DNA from: an uncultured Christensenellaceae bacterium
GTDB lineage: Bacteria; Bacillota; Clostridia; Christensenellales; Christensenellaceae
Reading direction: 5' to 3'
Assembly (NCBI GenBank): GCA_964453325.1
Contig: CAYVOZ010000005.1
Coordinates: 1 to 30,985, forward strand
DNA: 30,985 nucleotides
The position numbers and the translations under genes are program-made. Shown piece by piece: positions 1 through 7,337 of the stretch (within the stretch, counting starts at the first letter, position 1; each line of letters opens with the position of its first letter). Below the pieces are notes generated by a model. That model made no database searches. It was not told the DNA's origin and was given only the letters and a program-made list of their open reading frames with translations.

Positions 1-1369
1 GTGTGATTGCTCTATCCTCGTAAGGGTGTATATGAGAATGGCAGTCCGACCTTAAGTGTGCAGTTATTGTTCTACAAGGTCTATCTGCATACAATCTATA
101 GTATTTATCCTTGAACTTATCATTACGATGCGCATATGGCATTATGTCAGCAATCTTCGGATCGGTAGCATCATCCCCGGGATTCATTCTTCTGTAAATC
201 TCATAGTTCAATTCACTACAATAACGGGCTTTATGATTAAATACCAAAGGAATCTCTCGATCCTGATTTATTAGTCTCAAATATTCATTTTCCAGACCAG
301 TGTACGGATTTGAATCTATTTTTCTGCCGCCCTCTTCAGTATCAATTTCTCCCACATTCTTTTCATGAGGAGCCACTAATGATCGAACACCATCTAATGC
401 TTTTGATAAATTGTAAATAGGGTTGCTTTCATTATTCTCATGAATCTGCTTAAAAAGATCTTTAGGCGTTACATCCATTTTTTCTGAAACATCGTTTCGA
501 ATTGCAATATAAATCAATCTTTCTCTACTTTGTGCAACAGAAAAATCAGCGGAGTTCAAAAGTTCATAGTAAACGGAATAAGTGTAAGTGTATCCGTCCT
601 TGTGTATCTTCAAGCTTTCATAATCCTCGACTACTTGGTCAGCAACCTTCAGCATTCCTTTTACATTTTCCATTACAACAATTTTCGGTGAAAGTTGTTC
701 AATACACTTAATAAAAAATTTATACAATTCATTTCTCGGATCATCGATTACCCTATGATGCTTATTTGCTGAACTAAAACCTTGACATGGCGGACCCCCT
801 ATTACTACATCAACATCTTCATGAATATACTTACCAATGTGTTCTGAAATTTCTCTTATATCACCACAAACAATTGATTCTGAAGGTATTTCTGGATGGT
901 TATATTTATAAGTTTCAATACATAAAGGATCGAAATCGTTTGCAAAAAGAGTCTTAAATCCATTTTGTTTAAAACCAAGACTTAAACCACCTGCGCCACA
1001 GAACAAGTCAACCATTGTAGGTGCCAATCTGTTCTTTTCTATTTCCTGCAACTTTTTCCGTTCAGCATTGCTTAGATTAATTATAAATGGTTTAAACAGT
1101 CCATAATTTTCGTTAATAGTCGCAACAGCTCGGTATAAATCCTTAATTACTGATTTTGGCAGAACCGTTTGTAATAGGACTGCTTGGTCTGGAGAACCAA
1201 TAATGCCTATTTCAATCAGTCTATCTACCACCCCAGATTCATTAGTAGTATAAGAAAAAGAATATTTTTTACAAACAGCATCTACAATCTTTATCAATAA
1301 TGCGATTTTTTCCTTAAAATAGTTTTTCTCTGTAATTCCTTCTATATCTGAAACATTCTTAAATATCAT
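1..1369 (-). CDS. DNA (cytosine-5)-methyltransferase #2, 3'-truncated by the window edge, with ~118-aa N-terminal extension
   Basis: Hand translation, not in the ORF track. Open frame from ATG at 1369 to base 1: MIFKNVSDIEG...APTMVDLFCGAGGLSLGF (motif I)...VIGGPPCQGFS (IV)...VVMENVKGML (VI)...SVAQSRERL (VIII)...CRTITAHLRSDCHSHIHPYEDRAIT. Overlaps the stop of MTase #1 by 11 bp. Confidence 0.92.
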   Translation of the reverse strand, partial: MIFKNVSDIEGITEKNYFKEKIALLIKIVDAVCKKYSFSYTTNESGVVDRLIEIGIIGSPDQAVLLQTVLPKSVIKDLYRAVATINENYGLFKPFIINLSNAERKKLQEIEKNRLAPTMVDLFCGAGGLSLGFKQNGFKTLFANDFDPLCIETYKYNHPEIPSESIVCGDIREISEHIGKYIHEDVDVVIGGPPCQGFSSANKHHRVIDDPRNELYKFFIKCIEQLSPKIVVMENVKGMLKVADQVVEDYESLKIHKDGYTYTYSVYYELLNSADFSVAQSRERLIYIAIRNDVSEKMDVTPKDLFKQIHENNESNPIYNLSKALDGVRSLVAPHEKNVGEIDTEEGGRKIDSNPYTGLENEYLRLINQDREIPLVFNHKARYCSELNYEIYRRMNPGDDATDPKIADIMPYAHRNDKFKDKYYRLYADRPCRTITAHLRSDCHSHIHPYEDRAIT

Positions 1370-2585
1370 TTTTTTCCTCCTCAATCGGAGCAGATAAATA
1401 CGCACGAAAAGCTTTCGCTATTGCTTCTGCTAACAGCGGAGGAACTGCATTTCCGATTTGTTTAAACTGTTCTGTTCTAGATCCCTCAAAAATAAAATCA
1501 TCTGGGAAAGACTGTAGTCGTGCTGCCTCTCTAACAGTAATACTGCGGCCTTGAGTATAGTCAGGATGAATAAACTGATTTCCATCTTTATATAGATGCG
1601 CAATAATCGTTTTCGATGGAGTATCCCACCATTGAACTTTATAGCTATTAAAAAACACTCTCTTTTTCTCATGACCTAGGTCAGGGCGGTTCTCTAATAA
1701 CTCAAGAAAGTTCCAATGATTCAAAGCCATAACTTGATAGCGTTCTACATCCTTGGCATTATTGATTCGAGCCACATGACACCTCAAAACATTATCAGAA
1801 TTGGCTCTCATATGTCGTTGATATTCAGAGCACTCGTTTACATCCTTTGCATATTCAGCTATTGGGGTTCCTTCTCCTTGTCTTAACCATGGCAAGTCAT
1901 CAATAGCCTCTCGTACCGATACAAACTTCTTCTGCCCATCAGAAGGTATCTCACCAGGTGCATAGTGAGTCTTTGTAATGGCAGAATAAACTTCATCCGG
2001 CGTAAATTTTAAATCCTTCCTTACGCCCAAGAGTATTACACGTTTTCTCTCTTGTGGCACTCCGTAATGTGTTGCATTCAATACTATGGTTTCAGGATTT
2101 TTTACTATATTGTAATGAACACTAAGTTCTTTAGATACTAGGTCAAATATTTTCTTTCTTTTCACTTTAGCTTTTAGCATTCCTGTCACATTCTCAAAAA
2201 CAAAGACTTTCGGCAGAAAAGCATTAAGAATTTTAACATAACTTTCAAACAGGAAATTTCGAGGGTCATCCTCCATATTATTTTCATCTTTTGCTACACC
2301 TAAAGAAGAAAAGCTCTGGCATGGTGGACCCCCAATGATTACATCCACAGATTTATCGCCAACAACATCTCGAAGCCTATCAATAATATCTTCACTCGTT
2401 ATATCAGCCTCAAGCACAGCGTTCTTAACCTCTTGTTCTGAATACCCATAATGTTTCATACGAGTTCTCAATGTTTCACAAGCATAATGATCTATTTCAA
2501 CATGCGCAAGTGCATTGTATCCTTGCTTATAAAAGCCCTCCGTCAACCCTCCACATCCGGCAAAAAGGTCAATAAAATTTATCAT
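1359..2585 (-). CDS. DNA (cytosine-5)-methyltransferase #1
   Basis: C5-MTase motifs in order: DLFAGCGG, GGPPCQSFS, FENV, GVPQERKRV, REAARLQSFPD, QIGNAVPP. Confidence 0.96.
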   Translation of the reverse strand: MINFIDLFAGCGGLTEGFYKQGYNALAHVEIDHYACETLRTRMKHYGYSEQEVKNAVLEADITSEDIIDRLRDVVGDKSVDVIIGGPPCQSFSSLGVAKDENNMEDDPRNFLFESYVKILNAFLPKVFVFENVTGMLKAKVKRKKIFDLVSKELSVHYNIVKNPETIVLNATHYGVPQERKRVILLGVRKDLKFTPDEVYSAITKTHYAPGEIPSDGQKKFVSVREAIDDLPWLRQGEGTPIAEYAKDVNECSEYQRHMRANSDNVLRCHVARINNAKDVERYQVMALNHWNFLELLENRPDLGHEKKRVFFNSYKVQWWDTPSKTIIAHLYKDGNQFIHPDYTQGRSITVREAARLQSFPDDFIFEGSRTEQFKQIGNAVPPLLAEAIAKAFRAYLSAPIEEEKNDI

Positions 2586-2815
2586 AGTACATCCTCATCA
2601 TTCTCTTTATTTCGATCCGGGACATACTCGAGTACCTCTGAAATTTGACAGCCAAATACTGAGCATATTTTGTCCAGCGTATGTAAATCCACCTTTTTTA
2701 CATCTTCACGATATAAATCACCTATGGTGTTCGGCCTAATCCCAGTCAACTCCGAGAGTTTTTTTCTCGTCATTTTTTCTCGTCCCATTAGTTCACATAA
2801 TTTTATTTTTATCAT
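2582..2815 (-). CDS. XRE/Cro-C1-type HTH transcriptional regulator (controller-like)
   Basis: 77 aa, MTRKKLSELTGIRPNTIGDLY helix-turn-helix pattern, ICSVFGCQISEVLEY. ATGA overlap with MTase #1. Confidence 0.88.
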   Translation of the reverse strand: MIKIKLCELMGREKMTRKKLSELTGIRPNTIGDLYREDVKKVDLHTLDKICSVFGCQISEVLEYVPDRNKENDEDVL

Positions 2816-2842
2816 TATTCAACCTCACAATTCATGACAGAA

Positions 2843-2902
2843 AATAACGATTTTTGTTATATATTATCTTACCGTTGTTATTTAATAACGATTTTATTAT
2901 AT
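2843..2902. promoter_or_regulatory. Repeated operator-like motifs overlapping the -10 box/transcription start
   Basis: AATAACGATTTT at 2843-2854 and 2884-2895; ATAAC-N7-GTTAT (2844-2860); GTTATT-T-AATAAC (2877-2889). Confidence 0.55.
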
Positions 2903-2924
2903 CATACATGGTTCGTCATTTCAA
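2896..2924 (-). promoter_or_regulatory. SigA-type promoter for the XRE-MTase operon
   Basis: Minus strand TTGAAA (2924-2919), 17 nt, TATAAT (2901-2896), with TGn extension (TGATATAAT). Confidence 0.8.
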
Positions 2925-2944
2925 TCCATCAAAGCCATAAAATC

Positions 2945-2980
2945 ATAAAAAGATGTACCAGGTATTAACTTGGTACATCT
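2945..2980 (-). terminator. Intrinsic terminator of the DUF262 gene
   Basis: Perfect 10-bp stem AGATGTACCA/TGGTACATCT (2951-2980), followed by a T-run on the minus strand, 7 bp after the stop codon. Confidence 0.8.
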
Positions 2981-2987
2981 CAACATA

Positions 2988-5324
2988 TCAAATCATATAG
3001 TCACTAATTTCTATTTCTTCTATTTCTGGCTTTGAAAGCATCCATGTCATTGTTCCATCTGTATCCTTGAATAAAACAATGTGCCAATGAGTAATGGTCC
3101 CATCTTCGTCCTTTGAATTATTCAACCTTTCTATATGCTCCTCAATCAAGGAAACTGGCAATGCAACCATTATATTCTCATCTTTACAACCATATACTAC
3201 AAATGTTTCTTCGCAGTTCTTCAAATCCTCAAGAGGATTACGTCTATAAGCAAACCAGAACTTGTCACGTTTTCCTTGCTTGTACGCTTTAGAAGTCGTA
3301 ATCACATAACCATGTTTTCCGTCTGTCGTTACATACGAACTGCGTCCAACCTTGACTAATTCGGAATCCAAAGATTTTGCCAATCTCAACACGCACTTGT
3401 CAGCAAAATTCACTTTCTTGCTTTGCTGTTTAGGTTCTGAAACAGGTGTTATAACCTTCTTTGTAATCTCTTGCGAAGTATCCTCGATTTCCTCGTAAGC
3501 AATCCCCAAAGAGTTGCAAAGCAAATGTTTTATTTTGTCAAAACGCCTAGTGCAATAGTCTGTATAGTATTCCTTAAGAACAGGGAAATCATTTTCAGTA
3601 TATGGCATATCCATCCATTCAAGATCCGCTTCCTCGGTAAAACTGTATTTGCTTTCAACTTCATCCAAATTTACATGAAGCAGATATTTCTTATCTTGAT
3701 AGAAATTCTTATCTTTTTTGCTTCGATTAACATACTCAGGCAAATAACAAAGATTTGCTATACAGCTTATTGGTAACCCATCGCCATTGCAAGCTTCGAT
3801 GAGTTTTCTCATCTGCTCCTTTGGTGCAATGTGTTCAACATCAAATCGATCAATCGACAACTGATCCATGGCTGTAAAGGTTTTGAGATAAATACAATTA
3901 AGAATCACATACTCTTCACTTCGTGGACTTGCAACCTTTTTGACCTCAGCACGTAACATCGAACGTTCGAACAAACCATCCAATGCGACCATCCAGGCTC
4001 TACTAGATATTTCAGTCATGTATCTATTCGGTTTAGCCGCCGCATGAATTTTTCCAGTCCCGCCTTCACTCCAATAGTTTGTAATGATGTCATAGACATA
4101 GTACTGAACAAGATTCTTTGAGATTATATTTTTGCGTTCATTCCATGTGCCAGCAAAATTATCATAATTACCATTTGCATACATTTCTTTGAAAGTGGTT
4201 GAAATCATCGAAAGCACTTGATATTTAGAATGAAAAATCTTATTCGTGTTCCGAGAATTACCCTTGAATTTGGTCACAACAGAAATAGCACTGTTTACAA
4301 AATCAATAGCAGTACAGATGGCTTGCTCGAGAACATTCAGATCAATAGTACGAAGATTGGTATACAAGGTACGGATTCTATCTGTGTCGTTGAGGCAAGC
4401 ATTAACTAGCTCAAACGCAAGGGGATTTACTGTATCATCAGCAAGATTTTTATTAAACCCTAAAATTTCATATTTTGAAACCAAATACTTACTGAAACCA
4501 AATAGATACTCAAAGGCATTTACCCTTTTTGTTGTTCGCATCTCTTCACGACTGTATCCGTGAATTTGATAACCATCTTCCACAAAGGCATCATATTTGC
4601 GAACAATATTTTCGATGATATCAATGTTTTCAATAGTGTATTTTTCATTAACCGGCCAAGCAGCGGCGTATACCTCATACTGATCAAGTGGCGTACCTTT
4701 TGAATTGATACGGTCAAAGATATCCGGAAGATTACTCTCATCACCTATATAAACAATAACCGGTATTACAGTTCCTGCAATTTTATCATATAAATCCTGT
4801 CGCTCTTCAAAAAATATAGTGATGGTATCGATCAACCCTTCAATTGCATCGAAACTGGCATCAAACTCACCCGCTATCTGCTTTGCAACGGAGAAATATT
4901 GCAGGTTTTTAAATGTCTTCTGTTTCTTAATAAATGAAGTAAGGATGCCACGAATCACTGCATAATTATCCTTCCCCTCTTTTCCTAAGAGCGTCAGAAT
5001 ACTTTCGCAGAATTCGTCTGAAATACTATCATCGTAAAAAAACTCGGTAGGATTAGTCATGTATTTCTTGATACTGTTTCCTCGCTGTAATCCATCAACC
5101 AAAATATAAGTGCGCTTGTTGTCCTCAAACGTCTCATAAAAAAGCATAGTACCCACCGGGTAACCCTTAATCAAGGAATCTATAAATACCTGTTCTTGAG
5201 TACGGCTCCAACGCTTTCCACGTTGAAACATTGGAACAACAATTCTTTTATTATCTTTATGCATATCCTGGAGTGCAGAGGACAAATCCTGCAGTGTCCA
5301 GTTTTCACATGTGCATCCTGCCAT
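2988..5324 (-). CDS. DUF262 (GmrSD N-terminal) + HNH (DUF1524-like) protein with additional C-terminal domain; putative restriction/defence nuclease
   Basis: N-terminal VPMFQRGKRW, LVDGLQR and IFDRINSKGTPL motifs. HNH-like FDVEHIAPK...IANLCYLPEYVNRSK. About 140 extra C-terminal residues. Confidence 0.85.
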   Translation of the reverse strand: MAGCTCENWTLQDLSSALQDMHKDNKRIVVPMFQRGKRWSRTQEQVFIDSLIKGYPVGTMLFYETFEDNKRTYILVDGLQRGNSIKKYMTNPTEFFYDDSISDEFCESILTLLGKEGKDNYAVIRGILTSFIKKQKTFKNLQYFSVAKQIAGEFDASFDAIEGLIDTITIFFEERQDLYDKIAGTVIPVIVYIGDESNLPDIFDRINSKGTPLDQYEVYAAAWPVNEKYTIENIDIIENIVRKYDAFVEDGYQIHGYSREEMRTTKRVNAFEYLFGFSKYLVSKYEILGFNKNLADDTVNPLAFELVNACLNDTDRIRTLYTNLRTIDLNVLEQAICTAIDFVNSAISVVTKFKGNSRNTNKIFHSKYQVLSMISTTFKEMYANGNYDNFAGTWNERKNIISKNLVQYYVYDIITNYWSEGGTGKIHAAAKPNRYMTEISSRAWMVALDGLFERSMLRAEVKKVASPRSEEYVILNCIYLKTFTAMDQLSIDRFDVEHIAPKEQMRKLIEACNGDGLPISCIANLCYLPEYVNRSKKDKNFYQDKKYLLHVNLDEVESKYSFTEEADLEWMDMPYTENDFPVLKEYYTDYCTRRFDKIKHLLCNSLGIAYEEIEDTSQEITKKVITPVSEPKQQSKKVNFADKCVLRLAKSLDSELVKVGRSSYVTTDGKHGYVITTSKAYKQGKRDKFWFAYRRNPLEDLKNCEETFVVYGCKDENIMVALPVSLIEEHIERLNNSKDEDGTITHWHIVLFKDTDGTMTWMLSKPEIEEIEISDYMI

Positions 5325-5468
5325 AACTTCACCTTCCTACCGTGTTTAACATTCTTATCTACTCAACTATTACAATAATCATTTTATCAACTCAACCTTT
5401 TCCATTTTCAACTTGTCAACTCGACCCAAAAATCTCGATGGTTGATATGTTTTCTCAAAGCAAAAATC

Positions 5469-5501
5469 TGAGTATCTGAGTAACCAATCAACGGATACTC
5501 A
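5469..5501. repeat. Inverted repeat TGAGTATC-N17-GATACTCA downstream of rlmD
   Basis: Read directly from the sequence. Function (terminator or recombination site) unknown. Confidence 0.45.
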
Positions 5502-5541
5502 AATGTCCAGAAATACTTTATTCTAAGCCATTTTTCACTAT

Positions 5542-6891
5542 TTACTTCTGTACCTTTGACAGCAATACTACTGACTCAACATGCCCGGTCTGGGGGAACA
5601 TGTCGAACGGCTGGATAGAGACGGGGTAGAAGCCTTTTTCGATGAGCAGCGCGGCGTCGCGCGCGAGAGTGGCGGGGTCGCAGGAGACGTATATGAGCTT
5701 CTTTGCGCCGCTCTCGGCTATATCGTCTATGACGGAGGGGGAGAGCCCCTTGCGCGGCGGGTCGACTATGACCGCGTCGAGCCTGCCCTCGGCCTTTATT
5801 ATGCCGCCGAACGCGTCCGCGCAGTCCGCGCAGATGAACTCCGCGTTTGCGATGCCGTTTAAGACGGCGTTCTTTTTGGCGTCCTCTATGGCCTGCGGTA
5901 CTATCTCTATGCCGTATATGCGCTTTGTCTGCGGAGCCGCGCAGAGCGTTATCGTGCCCGCGCCGCAGTAAAGATCGGCGACTACGTCCTCCGAGCCCAA
6001 AAGCCCGAGTATATATGCATACATACGCTCCGTCCCGGAGTGATTTACCTGCAAAAATGTGTTTAAGGATATATCAAAGCTTCTGCATAAAATGCTCTCT
6101 CTAATGCGCCCGCTGCCGTATATCGGCTGGGTTTCGGCTCCGAGTATGGCGTTTCCGGGCTCGCGGTTTATGTTCAGCACGATGCTCTTTATGTCGGGAG
6201 AAGCCGCGGTCAGCGCGGATACGAGCTCTTCGCTCTTTTTAAGCCCGCTGCCGTTTATGACGAGCCCGGCCATGAGCTCTCCCGTAGAGGCGCGGCGCAG
6301 CACTATATGCCGCAAAAGCCCCTCGCAGGTCGTCTCGTCGTATATGCTTATATTGTTTTTGAGTATGAAGCCGCGTATCGCCTCTGCGGCGGCGGTGAAC
6401 TCCGGCGCGGAAATGCCGCACTCGCGCACGTCCACGACTCGGTGCGAGCGTCTGGCAAAGCAGCCTATTTGAAGCTCGCCCCTGTCCATGCCGACGGGCA
6501 GGGAGACCTTGTTGCGGTAGTGCTTCTCGCAGCCGGACGGTACGGTGGGGTTGGGCTCTATGGCAAGATGCGCAAACTTATAAAAGCACTCCGCGACGGT
6601 GCGGCGCTTAAATTCGAGCTGCGTTTCATACCGTATATGCTGGCAGGTGCAGCCGCCGCAGCGCCCGTATACCGGGCAGAACGGCTCGACGCGATCGGCG
6701 GAACGCGAAACGAGCCTCAGGAGCTTTCCCGAGGCATAGGTCTTTTTATTGCTGATTATGCGCACCTCGGCGGTCTCGCCGGGCAGCAGCCCTTCTATAA
6801 ATACGGTCTTGCCTTCGGCGCGCGCAATACCCACGCCGTCCGCGATATGAGCGTCGGCGGTCAGCGTGAGCACGTCGTTCTTCTGTATCAT
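5542..6891 (-). CDS. rlmD: 23S rRNA (uracil-5)-methyltransferase RlmD/RumA (TrmA family, TRAM domain, Fe-S)
   Basis: TRAM N-terminus, CPVYGRCGGC Fe-S motif, FLQVN, DLYCGAG, VDPPRKG, YVSCDPATLARD, DMFPQTGHVE. Confidence 0.95.
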   Translation of the reverse strand: MIQKNDVLTLTADAHIADGVGIARAEGKTVFIEGLLPGETAEVRIISNKKTYASGKLLRLVSRSADRVEPFCPVYGRCGGCTCQHIRYETQLEFKRRTVAECFYKFAHLAIEPNPTVPSGCEKHYRNKVSLPVGMDRGELQIGCFARRSHRVVDVRECGISAPEFTAAAEAIRGFILKNNISIYDETTCEGLLRHIVLRRASTGELMAGLVINGSGLKKSEELVSALTAASPDIKSIVLNINREPGNAILGAETQPIYGSGRIRESILCRSFDISLNTFLQVNHSGTERMYAYILGLLGSEDVVADLYCGAGTITLCAAPQTKRIYGIEIVPQAIEDAKKNAVLNGIANAEFICADCADAFGGIIKAEGRLDAVIVDPPRKGLSPSVIDDIAESGAKKLIYVSCDPATLARDAALLIEKGFYPVSIQPFDMFPQTGHVESVVLLSKVQK

Positions 6892-7238
6892 TTCTCGGTG
6901 ATGACGCAGGCTATTATGTGCAGAGGCGCATCGGACACGTTCTCTATGCCGTGCTCCTCGCCCTCAAAGCAGAACGTCATGTCGCCCGCGTGGACGGTGT
7001 ATTCCTTGCCGTTGTCGTTATAAAGCCCCTCGCCCTCGGCGATGAAGTAAAACTCGCACTCTCCGACGTGCCTGTGCATGCCGAGAGAGCAGCCGGGCTC
7101 TACGACGGTATCCGCAAGTATCCTGAAATGCGCGGGCATTTTATCTGTGGGGAGAAAGTGCTCAAAGTCCACCGTGCCTTTGCCGCCTCTTACGTTCGGT
7201 TTGGGCTCTACTATCCTGTCTTGTCTTGTTATAAGCAT
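6888..7238 (-). CDS. Cupin domain protein
   Basis: GCSLGMHRHVGECEFYFIAEGEG...GEEHGIEN cupin metal motifs. Start moved to ATG 7238 (AAGGAG RBS). 4-bp overlap with rlmD. Confidence 0.88.
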   Translation of the reverse strand: MLITRQDRIVEPKPNVRGGKGTVDFEHFLPTDKMPAHFRILADTVVEPGCSLGMHRHVGECEFYFIAEGEGLYNDNGKEYTVHAGDMTFCFEGEEHGIENVSDAPLHIIACVITEK

Positions 7239-7337
7239 GGCGTTGTCGCTCCTTGTTTTTTGTAATTGTACCATATATTGCGCTATGCAATAAAGCCCCT
7301 TTGTATTAAAATATAAGAGAACAGTTAGGAGACGCTT

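Larger units (their letters stand above)
1..5580 (-). mobile_element. AT-rich defence/restriction-modification island inserted at the rlmD 3' end (left boundary outside window)
   Basis: Abrupt change in base composition and codon style at about 5580, inside the last codons of rlmD. Cargo is two C5 MTases, an XRE regulator and a DUF262/HNH protein. No recombinase is visible in the window. Confidence 0.8.

Noticed and set aside
56-711. Plus-strand ORFs of 72 aa and 69 aa in the track
   Set aside because: They are antisense to MTase #2, which has clear catalytic motifs; no recognisable features of their own.
2988-5324. Naming the DUF262 protein GmrSD, BrxU or SspE, or the island DISARM, BREX or LlaJI
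   Set aside because: Partner genes (ssp/dnd, brx, drm, McrB-like GTPase) are not in the window; motifs support only a family-level call.
1-5580. Calling the island an ICE, IME or prophage
   Set aside because: No integrase, relaxase, T4SS or phage gene is visible; the other boundary is outside the window.
7276-7330. Possible LexA/SOS box upstream of uvrB (GAACAGTT) and the palindrome TATTGC-N5-GCAATA
   Set aside because: Does not match the Bacillota GAAC-N4-GTTC box. The short palindrome could be chance in AT-rich intergenic DNA.
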